From Malacoraja senta (taxonomy: Eukaryota), in NCBI GenBank assembly GCA_038087875.1, contig JAXLNO010000524.1, positions 1 to 64,000 on the forward strand: a stretch of 64,000 bases of DNA, given 5' to 3'. This document shows, in pieces, positions 12,789-25,324 of the stretch. The position numbers were made by a program, and so were the translations under genes. The notes under the pieces are model-generated. The model saw nothing but the letters and a program-made list of their open reading frames with translations, searched no databases and was not told where the DNA came from. Positions within the stretch are counted from its first letter, which is position 1, and each line of letters opens with the position of its first letter.

Positions 12789-13273
12789 AGGGCCTGTCCC
12801 ACTTGGCCGTCATTAGCGCCTCATTTACGCGTCATGTGTAAAATAGGTCGACGCGTCGTTACGTGTGACATCGCGCACAAATCACGCGTCATCATGCCGT
12901 CAGGTGTGCGTGACTTCATTAGAATACCCTGCGGCGTGTGGCAATGCTTGGTTACACACGGTGACGTAACCATGCGACACCACACGATACACGTGAGACG
13001 TCGGGACGCAGCGAGCGATGCCAATGCGTCAGCATACATATCCAATGCCTCAGCGTGCGCACGCGATACATCACGCAGGTGGCGCGCAAGGATTTTGTAC
13101 AGCACGAAATCCTGGAGCGCCGCGCGATACCGCGCGCAACTCCACACTCCTCCACTCTTCTACATGCGCCCGTCCCACGCTACCCACATGCCACCCTGCG
13201 TCACAACGTGTCGACTTATTTTACATATGATGCGTAAATGAGGCGCATATGATGGCCAAGTGGGACAGGCTCT
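12789..13273. mobile_element. Complete PIF/Harbinger MITE with ~75-bp TIRs and TAA TSD
   Basis: TAA|AGGGCCTGTCCCACTTGGCC...GGCCAAGTGGGACAGGCTCT|TAA. Confidence 0.95.
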
Positions 13274-14191
13274 TAACACAATATCACTGACCCATCTATA
13301 ACAAAGGGCAGGGATGGGTTCTGAATAATTCCTGCAAAATGATGTTCAGTAAAGATAGGGAAGGGAAGGGAAGAAAGGTGGATACTGGGAAGAAAGGTGG
13401 ATACTGGGAGTGGATGGTTGAAAGTGGCAGCATTTATCATGGCGAATACTGTCGCTGGATGCACAGAATAAACTGGAGAGATCAAAATCAGAATCTATGT
13501 GAGTGGAGTCACGAAACAATAAAGGTGCCATTACGCTACAGGGAATATTCCAAAGGATAACAACAATTCCTAGTTATTGGTGTGGTCTGATGATTCAATT
13601 TCACACTGTGTGCTTCACGTGGAAACACCAGTTGTATTTCTCATATGTTTTTTGGTGTTTAAAATCAATCAATAAAAGATATGCGCCAGGTGATTGAATT
13701 TTTAAGCCGGCTTATTCACAATGTGAATTAATATCCAGTAGGGAACAGGTCAACAATTTGATTTCAGTTTCTTTTTCATAACCAACAGCTGTGTCTCATT
13801 TCCCTATCATTAGGTACAAACCTGTAGCAGTGGCCAGTTGTAATTATTTTAGTCACTAACTCAGAGAGTCTGCTTCAGATACTCCTCAAGAAAAACCTTG
13901 ATACGCCAAATACCCGTGGGATTACATTAATTGTTTCAACTGGAATAGTTCTCACTATACCAAATCCTGGCAACATCTCAATGTATTAAACAAATACATT
14001 TAATTTAAGTGGGGATCAATGCGACACCATTTTACATCAGGTTTATTCATTCCAAGGTGGATTGTGACCGCTGGGTTAAATATCCACAAATAAGTCAATA
14101 TTTTTTAAAGAAGCCTAGCCTCCACTGTTCAATTTAAATCAAATACTATTTAAAATGTTGAATTATGGCACAGCTTGCATCTGCATAATTC
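12863..14191 (+). repeat. Left copy of a 1.3 kb direct duplication flanking the L1
   Basis: Nearly identical to 20309-21618; scattered substitutions, one 20-bp indel and one 1-bp indel. Confidence 0.97.
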
Positions 14192-14617
14192 TTTTTATTT
14201 TTATTTTTTTTAATTTTTTTTAATTTTTTTATTTTTTATTTATTAGAAGTACATTACATTACAACCACATACATTAGTACTCGTCACTTATATCTTCTTA
14301 CAATTAATGTACTCCGTTTGTTTTTTACACTAGTAAAAGGAAAGGATAAGATTGAAAGAAAGAAGAAAGTGAAGGAAAAAAGTGAAAGTGTAGAAAGTGT
14401 GACAACAAGACAGAACGAAGACCCTATAAGAACAAAATTAAAAACAAAAGAAAAAGAGTTAAGAAATAGACCCTAGAAAAGAAGGAGAAAGAGAAAGAGG
14501 AGAAAGAGAAAAACAAATAGTTTTTATGAGCATTACGCAAATGCGACATTCCAACTTTCCAGCTATCATCTCCCTTTACCTGACCTCAGTTTTGTTTTTT
14601 TAAGGTACCTTTGCACC

Positions 14618-17600
14618 CTATATTTGTAATAATTCTATAAATGCAGACCACGTCAGATGGAAGTGATCTGGTTTACCTGCCAGGAGGAGTCTTATCTCTT
14701 CTAGGTGTAATGTTTCGAACATATTTGAAATCCACATGTTTATAGTTGGTATTGGAGCTTTCTTCCAAAATTTTAGGATTAGCTTTTTTCCAGTTATTAA
14801 CCCATAGTCTATTAGTTTCTTTTGAAACGCATTTAGTTCTGGACCATCTTCCGTTATTCCGAAGATAATCCATTCTGCTTTGGGTATCAGTTTTATTTTA
14901 AATAATTTTGTAAAGATTTCGAAAATTTCATTCCAAAATTTTTGAATTTTTGTACAGAAAACAAATGAGTGCGCTATAGTAGCTTCTTGGGATTGACATT
15001 TATCACAAATGGATGATACATTTGGAAATTTTTTATGGATTTTAGTTTTGGAATAATATAATCCATGTAAAATTTTAAATTGTATTAAAGTGTGTCTTAC
15101 ATTAATCGAACATTTATGCATGTTTAATAAGTGTTCATTCCACCTTTCCTTTGAAATTTTAATAGCTAACTCTTGTTCCCAGTCTCTTCTGATACCCTCC
15201 GTAGATGGTATTTCTACATTTAAGATAATATTATACAAATATGATATTAAGTTTGCTGATTCAGCTTTTATCTGCATTGCCTCATCCAATACATCTGCTG
15301 GGCTATTATAATGATCTTTTGTATATTTTTTCAAATAGTCGCATATTTGAAAATATTTAAAATATTGATTATTTCCGAGTTTATATTTTATTTGTAATTG
15401 TTGAAATGAAAGTAATTTTCCAGTTTCATACAGGTCACCGAACGTTTTAATTCCTAGTCTATCCCAATGTATAAAAGATTTATCTATAATAGAGGAATTA
15501 AACGAAGGGTTATTAACTATGGGAGATAATAGTGATAAATTTCTTAATTTTTAATTTTGTTTTATTTGTTTCCAAATTCGGATTGTACTATGGATAATTG
15601 AGTTCTTATTATAATTTATATTATTCCGTTTCATTGGTGAGAGGAGGATCGCTCCAATGTTTCCAGCGGAGCTATCCTCTTTCTCCATTACAATCCAGTC
15701 CACTTGCTGGGCGGAGTTATCCATCAGTTGAATCATATTTTTAATATTTACTGACCAATAATAATACATGAAATTAGGTAGTGCTAAACCCCCTAATACG
15801 TTAGGTTTATTCAAGTGAGTTTTTTGTATTCTATGTGATTTATAGTCCCATATAAAATTAGTGATATCTGAGTCCAGTTTTTTTTTAAACTTCTTTGGTA
15901 AGTATATAGGAATCGATTGAAATAGGTATAAAATTTGTGGTAGAAAGATCATTTTTATTGCATTTATTCGGCCTATTAAAGACATCGGGAGCGTTTTCCA
16001 AAATTTAATTAGTGTGTTTAATTTATTAAGTAGTGGATCAAAATTTGCCTTAAACATACCTTGATATGTTCTAGTAATTTCAATTCCCAAGTATTTAAAT
16101 TTTTCTGTAGCTATTTTAAAAGGGAATTTTAAAAGATGTGTTGAATCTTTCAGTTTTATTGACATAATTTCACTCTTATTCCAATTTATTCTATATCCAG
16201 AAAAGGATCCAAAGTCTTCAATTAAATTTAATATATTTGGTATAGTGATTTGAGGTTTTGTAATGTACAGTAATATATCATCCGCGTATAAAGATATTTT
16301 ATTATATGAATCTTTAGTATTATACCCATGGATATCAGGGTGTATTCTAATTTTTTCTGCTAGCGGTTCAATAATAAGTGCAAACAACTGTGGTGATAAT
16401 GAGCATCCTTGTCTATTTCCCCTTGATAGTTGGAATTTCGAGGATAATATATTATTAGTTAATATTCTAGCTGTAGGTTTATTATATAATAATTTTATCC
16501 ATAGAATAAAATTCTCTCCCAGTTGGAATTTTTGTAATACTTTATCCATATAATTCCATTCTACTTGGTCAAATGCTTTTTCAGCATCCAGCGAAATAAT
16601 TGATAATTCTTGTTCTTCAGATTTGTATGAGTGCATTATGTTGAGTAACGTCTCATATTGTTAGAAGAGTATCTCTTAGGGATAAACCCCGTCTGATCTG
16701 GGTTTATTAATTTACTAATATATTTACTTAATCTTCTAGCTAATATTTTTGCTAATATTTTTTGAACTGTGTTTAACAGTGCTATAGCTCTATATGAACC
16801 CGGTTCTAAATCTTTGTCTTTCTTAAGTATTAGTGTAATCGTTGATTCCGCTAATGTATCAGGTAGTATTTGTTTTTTAAAAGCATATTGGTACATTTTT
16901 TGTAATCTTGGTATTATTTTATCATAAAAGCTTTTATAAAATTCATTGGTAAATCCATCTGGACCTGGTGTTTTTCCATTCTTTAGTGAGTTTATTGTAT
17001 CTTCTAATTCCTTAATTGAGATTTGTGCACCCAATTCCTCTTGTTCCTTCAACTCTAACTTTGGAAGATTACAATTATCAAAAAACTTTGTGATTTTATT
17101 GGAATCAATTGTCGTTTTAGATGTATACAAATTCTCATAAAATTGCGCAAATCTTTTATTAATATCCTTCGGTGTTGTTAATAATTCCCCATTATCTGAT
17201 TTAATCTTTGGGATAGTATGTTCCTTTTCTCGTTTTTTTAGCTGGCGAGCCAAGAGTTTATGCGGTTTATCCCCAAATTCAAAGTGCTCTTGTTTTGTAA
17301 TTTGAAAAAGTCTTATACGTTTGGCTGATAATAGTTTATTTAATTTAAATTTCAAAATTATTATTTTATTATTTGTCTATTGATGGATCTTTAGCATTAT
17401 CTATATCCATTTGTCTAATAAGTTCTTCTAACTGTTCATTCTTAATATTTTTATTTTGAAAAGCTTGATATGAAATTATAATAACCCTAATGTATGCTTT
17501 AAAAGATTCCCATAATACAGTAGCCGATATATCTGGAGTATCATTTATTTGAAAAAAGGCATCCATTTGTTCTTTTAAATATATACTCGCTTGTGGATCT

Positions 17601-18390
17601 TTTAGGATTTGAGAATTAAATCTCCAAAACGATTTATTCTTAGACATTCCTTCCAGTTTTAAAAAGAAAGTTAGTGGAGAATGGTCTGAAATCGAATTTG
17701 TATGGTATGTTGGGTTAAATGTTTGAGGGATTAATTTTGTATCCAGCAGGAAGTAATCTATACGTGAGTATGTTTTGTGTACCATTGAGTAAAATGAGTA
17801 TTCCCTGCCAGTTGGATTAACAATTCTCCAAACATCTGCTATATTAGTATTGTTTATGTAGGTATTGAGAAGTTCCCTGGTATTCGATTTCATATTCCCT
17901 CTCTGTTTTTGGCTTGATTTATCTAAATACGGATCTAAAACACAGTTAAAGTCTCCTCCTATAATAACATTTTGGTAGTTAGACTCTGCAATTATGTTCA
18001 AAATTTTATTTAAAAAGTGGGGGTTGTCAAAGTTAGGCGCATATATATTTACCAAAGTAAGTGGAGTATCATGAATTTCTCCATTAACTATTAAGTATCT
18101 CCCTTCGATGTCTGTTATGATATTCTTCGCTTTAAACCTTTTCTTATAATAATTGACGTACGTCTAGATTTCGAAGTAAATGAAGAATGGTATGTTTGAC
18201 CTATCCATTTCGCCCTCAACCTAGCTTGATCCTGAGATTTTAAACGTGTTTCTTGTAAGAAAGTAATATCAGAATTGTACAGTTTCAGCTGAGCTAATAT
18301 CTTACCCCTTTTAATAGGTTCGTTAATACCTCTTATATTCCAACTACAGAATAAGATTCCTCCTAGGTTCTTTTGTTTAGTATCTTGCAT
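14618..18390 (-). pseudogene. L1 ORF2 (APE endonuclease, RT, C-terminal Cys-rich domain), several frameshifts or stops
   Basis: SWNIRG, LQET, NIYAPN, GGDFN, SRIDY, SDH; KTPGPDG, DAEKAFD, RQGCSLSP, LYADD, KYLG; CDKC..H..C. Confidence 0.95.
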
Positions 18391-19054
18391 TTTGTATAAT
18401 TATAGTACCTTTAAATCTTGTGGTGCATCCATATCCCAGGTCTTTGGGTATTGGGGGAACTTTTGAATTTCTAAGTTTTGTTGGTATATCCATTTTACGT
18501 TTATCACTAAACACAAAACACAAACATGTGAGTTTATGTGGTAATAAAAACAAATAAAAAAAGTGAAAATACAGTGTCTAATATAATCGGCACTGTAGCG
18601 AGTGTCCCACCTGTAGCTACTAATTATTAAACATACTTTTGATTTCAATAATAATCAATTGTTGGTTGAAGGGGTTAACAATACGTGCCCCTGGACCTAA
18701 GCCAGGTGCTCGTTTCTCATCCCTTCCTCCCACTTATAGATAAGGTTTCAATTTATTAAAAATTCATATTAGTATGTTAGTTCATTAATTTTTATTTTTA
18801 TTTTTATTTTTGTTAGTATTCTAATCTAACATGAGTAAAAGTTATTAATAGGATAAATTCTTACAATTGGTTTTAATATTATAATCTAATAAACAAATAA
18901 ATGCTTCTGGTATATACCATTCCCATCTGTTCAGCTGTTTACTCATTTTGAACAGAAAGTGTCCTTGATTCCAAATTCCATAGATAACAGTCTAGCTATC
19001 CCCAGACAAAGCATTGCTTAGAATGGTTCAGTCTGCCAAACTCCCATTTAATTT

Positions 19055-20080
19055 CTATTTTTCAACGATAGTTTGGGCATATTTGAATGCATCTTCGGGG
19101 TTTACAAATGACTTTTCAGAACTCTTAAAAGAAATACGCATTTTAGCTGGATAAAAAATTCCATATCTGATTCCTTCTTTCCCTCTTAAAAGATCCTTAA
19201 CCTTCTCGAATTTGTTTCTTTTTTGCACAATTTCATACGGGTAGTCCCTGAATATCTTAATAATGTCCTTGTTCATCCGCAGCTGCACACCGTATTTGAT
19301 TTTGCTCATAACATCGTCCAGTTCTAAAATATCCCGAAATTTCACAATAATATGTCGTGGATGAATTTTTCCCGCACCAGATCTTTGTTTAAATCTTGGA
19401 ACACGATGAGCCACTTCGATTTTCAGTTCTTTGGAAAGATTAAGCAGTTGTTTAAGTAAGCCCATGGCAAACTCACGCACATCCTCCCCCTCGGCTCCCT
19501 CTGAGACTCCAAGAATTCTCAAATTCTGGCATCTAGAGCGAGCTTCCAGGTCCAAGCATTTGTCTGAGACTTTCCCCAGTTGAGTCACCATCTGTAGTGA
19601 AGTTTGTTCATTTTCTTGCTTCATTTGCTCATATTCTTGCCTCATTTTTGCCATATCTTCAACCACTCGAACCATATTTTTCTCCAATTCCGTAATTGTG
19701 CGCATACTTGCAGCTACTGTTTCAAGCACAGCCGTGAACTTGTCCGTAGTAGTTTCATCCATCTTGTCCATTCTCCCCGATAGTCCATCTTTCACATCCT
19801 CAATTCGTTTATTTATAGTGTCCAGTTAATCAGCCACCTTCTGATTACCAGCATTTGAATCCTTCATCTTTTCAATTTTTTCCATCATATTTCCCATCAG
19901 AGTTTTATTTTCATCCATAATTTCATTTTTCATATCTTTCACTGATTTCTTCAAATCATCAAAATCTTTGTCCTTACCAAACTCTGTCTTAGATCTTGTA
20001 TCCATTTCTGCAGCCACTTCAGAAACTTCAGAGGTAACTTGTCCTTCAGGCTTCTTCTGGTTTCTCAGCAGCTTTGTCAC
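19055..20080 (-). pseudogene. L1 ORF1 (coiled coil plus Transposase_22-like RRM/CTD), frameshifted near 19800-19830
   Basis: DLEARSRCQNLRILGVSEGAEG, AHRV, PRHIIVKF, IFRDY, YPAKMRI motifs. Confidence 0.92.
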
Positions 20081-20308
20081 TTATCTCTGAGGGCTCTTAG
20101 CTGGAGACAGTTTACTCATTTAAAAGTCTTTAAACCACCGTTTAAAACATCGCGCTTAATGATGACGTCATCAGCCCGGCGACCAGAAGCTCCGGTAAGG
20201 TTTTTAAATCCACTCCCATTTTATGGACCGTTTTACACGAAAAATCATGAAATTTTTCGGGAGCGGAGCTAGGTGAACGTCTGTTAGTCCAACATGGCGC
20301 CACCGGAA

Positions 20309-21618
20309 GTGTGACAGCGCGCGCAAATCACGCGTCATCATGCCGTCAGGTGTGCGTGACTTCATTAGAATACCCTGCGGCGCGTGGCAATGCTTGGTTA
20401 CACACGGTGACGTAACCATGCGACACCACATGATACACGTGAGACGTCGGGACGCAGCGAGCGATGCCAATGCGTCAGCATACATATCCAATGCCTCAGC
20501 GTGCGCACGCGATACATCACGCAGGTGGCACGGAATCCTGGAGCGCCGCGCGATACCGCGCGCAACTCCACACTCCTCCACGCTTCTCCATGCGCCCGTC
20601 CCGCACTACCCACACGCCACCCTGCGTCACAACGCGTCGACCTATTTTACATATGATGCGTAAATGAGGCGCATATGATGGCCAAGTGGGACAGGCTCTT
20701 AACACAATATCACTGACCCATCTATAACAAAGGGCAGGGATGGGTTCTGAATAATTCCTGTAAAAATGATGTTCAGTAAAGATGGGGAAGGGAAGGGAAG
20801 AAAGGTGGATACTGGGAAGAAAGGTGGATACTGGGAGTGGATGGTTAAAAGTGGCAGCATTTATCATGGCGAATACTGTCGCTGGATGCACAGAATAAAC
20901 TGGAGAGATCAAAATCAGAATCTATGTGAGTGGAGTCACGAAACAATAAAGGTGCCATTACGCTACAGGGAATATTCCAAAGGATAACAACAATTCCTAG
21001 TTATTGGTGTGGTCTGATGATTCAATTTCACACTGTGTGCTTCACGTGGAAACACCAGTTGTATTTCTCATATGTTTTTTGGTGTTTAAAATCAATCAAT
21101 AAAAGATATGCGCCAGGTGATTGAATTTTTAAGCCGGCTTATTCACAATGTGAATTAATATCCAGTAGGGAACAGGTCAACAATTTGATTTCAGTTTCTT
21201 TTTCATAACCAACAGCTGTGTCTCATTTCCCTATCATTAGGTACAAACCTGTAGCAGTGGCCAGTTGTAATTGTTTTAGTCACTAACTCAGAGAGTCTGC
21301 TTCAGATACTCCTCAAGAAAAACCTTGATATGCCAAATACCCGTGGGATTACATTAATTGTTTCAACTGGAATAGTTCTCACTATACCAAATCCTGGCAA
21401 CCTCTCAATGTATTAAACAAATACATTTAATCTAAGTGGGGATCAATGCGACACCATTTTACATCAGGTTTATTCATTCCAAGGTGGATTGTGACCGCTG
21501 GGTTAAATATCCACAAATAAGTCAATATTTTTTAAAGAAGCCTAGACACCACTGTTCAATTTAAATCAAATACTATTTAAAATGTTGAATTATGGCACAG
21601 CTTGCTTCTGCATAATTC
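20309..21618 (+). repeat. Right copy of the 1.3 kb duplication; begins inside the Harbinger MITE and lacks its left TIR
   Basis: Starts immediately at the L1 5' end and ends at GCATAATTC, as does the left copy. Confidence 0.97.
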
Positions 21619-22210
21619 AAAATGCAGATAGGAGTATGTTCATACCCAATGAAAGGAATACTTTAAACCTTTAACTGATGAAAATTTGAAAATCCTTCAA
21701 ATACACTTATTTTAAAAAACTGTAGTCAGGAGCGCAGTTAATTTCAAATTACAAATTTATCTTACTCTGTTTGAAAGTCAACAGAGATATCATTGCAGTT
21801 GTAACAACATTGCTGTTTGCCTAAAGCTGGAGCAGTTACAAGTCTGTCCTTTTACAGTGAGCTTTTCCAAACCATGTATTAGCCATCTTAAAGCAGGAAT
21901 TGTGATATTTCTGTTTGCATCAGCAATATACATTTCTGGGGCAAGCCACCAGTATGATCATCAAATATAAAGTTCAAAACAGAGAAAACAAAATAATCCT
22001 TCCAAACCTCCTTCAACCAATCTACTCTGTTCAATCTACTCTGTTCTGGAATGAACTCAATCCAGTTAAACTTCTGAGGAAAGGTTTCATAAATTCCATC
22101 TTCTGAAGTGAAATAATCAAAACTATTAATTCTAAAATTAAATAATCCTTCCTTAGCTCTTTGTTTCTTTGGACATTTTAATTTGTAGCTTGAGTATTTC
22201 CGAAACCAGT

Positions 22211-22351
22211 CATAGGTTTAAGGTGAAGGGGAAAAGATTTAATAGGAATCTGAGGGGTAACTTTTTCACACAAAGGGTGGTGGGTGTCTGGAACAAGCTG
22301 CCATAGGAGGTAGTTGAGGTAGGGATGATCCCAACATTTAAGAAACAGTTA
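22211..22351 (+). mobile_element. CR1 3' fragment hosting the Harbinger element; continues at 27361-27501
   Basis: AAGAAACAGTTA|insert|GTCAGGTGCATGGATAGG matches the uninterrupted CR1 copy at 32585-32615. Confidence 0.9.
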
Positions 22352-22868
22352 AAGGCCTGTCTCACGAATCTGCGGTCTATGGCGGCGAAACGGGAGGAAT
22401 CTGCCGCCATAGACCGCGCACTCGTGAGAAAGTACAATTCCCGGGCCGTGCGTCGGTGTTCCCAACACCGCGCGGTGCTAAAATAAATTCGACACTGTCC
22501 AAAACTAAATACTCACCGCACAACCTCCACCAGTGATGCACGAGTGCGCACGGCCGCTCGCACGGGCCGCCGCCAGTATGGCTCGAGCGCCGTGCGTCAA
22601 GCCTCCACTGCCACAGCCTCCGCCAGTGAGGCACGTGCCGCCGCCAGTGACGCACGTGTGCTGCACGGCCGCAGGCACAGCCACCGCTGCAGCGCCGCGA
22701 TCTGGACGGCAGCCGCCACAGCCCATCAGATTCAAAATGACGTCATCGCAGTCGGCCCGCCCTTTTTCTTTGCTGTTCACGTCCAAACCACGCGAGATCT
22801 GAGACTTCAACAGTGTAGCATTTTTACCGCGTTTTTCAAACGGAGTATTTTGACAGTTGACTAGCAAC

Positions 22869-24636
22869 ATGAGGAGAACAAGGAGTGTGAAGAGATCGCT
22901 GCAGGATAAAGTACAGAATATTAGTATGGGAAAAATTCAGGTGCTGGAGGGTCCAGCCACTGCCCCTGCCCCTGCCCCTGCCCCTGCCCCTGCTTCATTA
23001 CCTGTCCCATCTCCTGCCCCATCTCCTGCCTCAACTGCTTCCACATCTGCTGCCCCATCTGCTTCTCCATCTGCTGGTCCATGTCCTACTCCAGCTTATG
23101 TCCCTGCATGGGTGTGGAACAGGTCTGGCTCACAGCCATATAATTTTTCCCGAGAACAAGAGGGGGACCTGGTGGAATGGTATCAGTCCCACCATGAGCT
23201 GTACGATAAGACCAACCGTGATTTTAGGAACAGGGGTCTCCGTAACCTCATAATTGGAGAAAAGGCGAAGGAGTTCCCTGACTGCTCTTGTAAGTACATA
23301 TCTTTCAGTTTATCTACATTTCTGTGTTTGTAATTGAGGTTCAAATTCATATTATAATTTGCTCAACACTTATCTTCATTTATGCTGTCTTTTCACAGAT
23401 GACCAACTGTGCCAATGGCTAAAGAGTCAGAGGACACTGTTCGGCAAAATCTCACAAGGTCTTGGCAAGTCTGGCTCTGGCAGTAGGAAACTGACTGACA
23501 GAGACCAGTGGATATATGACAAATGGGGGTTCGTCCGGGACCACATTGTAAGAGTGTACAGGAAGGAAAGTTGCAGGAAGGTGAGTAACTCAGAAAATTA
23601 TGTGATAATAAATATTAGTTGGCAAGTCAGTACAAAACATTTTTAACAATGATAACTTGTTCACTTCCCCTGCTACGTCCTGATGGCCTTGCACATGTAT
23701 GATACGCATTCACTTTCTTCTAGTGTACTGTGGGTGCATCAACGTGCGCGGACTCGAGTGAGGGTGAGCCTGATCCGCTAGAGGGACCCTCACATGGACC
23801 ATCCGGGTCATGCACTGCGGTAGAACTGCAGCAGCATGCAAGACGGAAGCGGGTCAGCACAACTGCGTCAGATAGCGAGGTGCCTGTCCAAACTCTGCAA
23901 CGGGACATGTTCAGGGATGTAAGTGCTTTTGGATTACCCATCATCAAATCTCTTTCACTCTGCCCTACTTCCACGTTTCTCCATCTCATCCCACAATATA
24001 ATTATCATGATTGTACTCTCTTGTTGCAGATCATGGAACAGGCAAAGACAACGTCGGGCATGATCACCTCTTTCTCACAGCCAAGGACGTCCCATGAGAG
24101 AGTTGTGCATGCATATGCAATGTTCCTCAGGGAGGAGATGTTCTTAATCCCTGAGGAAAATTGGCAACGTTACAGCATGGAGGGATTGTCCTTGGCAAGG
24201 GCGCACAGACTTCCGCAGCCAGTAAAATATTTAAATCAAAGTTCATTGAAATTAAAAAAGTTTTCATTTAATGCCGTCTATGATTCATTTACTACGGTTT
24301 TCTTTGTGTTGCAGAGTCCGATAAGGCATATGCCATTAGTGCCACTGCAACAAACGAGGATGCCACCACAATATCCCCACCAGGTACACTGTGAAACATT
24401 TTTGAGTCTTCAGCCTGACTCATGATTTTCTCTAACACACAGCTTGTGAAAGGTTGTGATTTGTTTTATATGATTTGTTTGGCACCGATACATATTGATA
24501 CGCTTATGTGTTTTGCCCACAGGCAAGGATGGAATACCGTCCTGTGACATACCCCTGGATGGCAGCCCCTCCCCCCACTATGTCAGTGGACACACCCCAC
24601 CGCAACATAGTTCATCACGTGGCATGGATAGGCTAG
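22869..24636 (+). CDS. Harbinger ORF2 MADF (Myb/SANT-like) DNA-binding protein; predicted exons 22869-23289, 23399-23580, 23724-23918, 24030-24221, 24315-24383, 24523-24636 (~390 aa)
   Basis: GT-AG introns with matching phases. Splicing restores the MADF domain FSREQEGDLVEWYQSHHELYDK..SYDQLCQWLKSQRTLFGK..KSGSG..QWIYDKWGF. Exons 5-6 are less certain. Confidence 0.8.
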
Positions 24637-25324
24637 GGGAAGGCGAATTCCATGTACAATTTGAGGTTCCCGAAGATGGCACAAACTCCGGCACCGAAGA
24701 CGCAGACTTATATATTTAATAAGAATGACATGTGCCGTAGGAGTGACGTTGCCCCCAAAATTCACTGTTGTGCCTGCTTGTGTGTTGCACATTACCGTTC
24801 AATTCACTGTTTTCTCACGACGTTATTTGTTTGCTTTCACTAATGAACAATGTTCTGTTGAATTGTGTTGCATATTTAAAAAGAATTGCTTGTTTTTCAA
24901 TATGTTAATTGTTTCCACTAAATAAACAGTTTAAATTTAATATAGTATTGTGGAAAAAAGTGTCTGTTAATCGCGGCGTAGATCTCATATGGAAACAACC
25001 TGAAATGATGGAATGCATCTCACATACAAAATCATTGATTTATTAGAGAAATAAAACACAAACAGGCATAGAATAGCATTGAATTACAAAAAATTTTCAT
25101 TATAAGCCATGAAAATCAAACAATGGCATTTAAGCCCTTTCAAGATCAGGCAACTTTAAAATAGGTGATGTAGGTGGTACTAATAACACAGATTCAATAA
25201 TTTCACAATGTAAAACCATCCATCAACATACATAGATCGCACTTTTGTAAGATCTGGGGCCTTCATGATCGGGTACCTCTGCCGTGAAAACACAACCCTG
25301 ACATCCCCTGTTTGCTTTTGATCC

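Larger units (their letters stand above)
14192..20308 (-). mobile_element. Full-length L1 LINE (~6.1 kb), decayed
   Basis: 5' end CTTCCGGTGGCGCCATG; ORF1 and ORF2 in order; A-rich tail at 14192-14245. Confidence 0.97.

Noticed and set aside
12821..13241. Overlapping ORFs in GC-rich MITEs (also 20204-20667, 22377-22870, 62908-63499)
   Set aside because: Stop-poor non-coding MITE or subterminal sequence with no recognisable domains.
21766..22103. Exon-like segment on the minus strand with strong acceptor and donor
   Set aside because: All three frames contain stops between the splice sites, and no protein was recognised.
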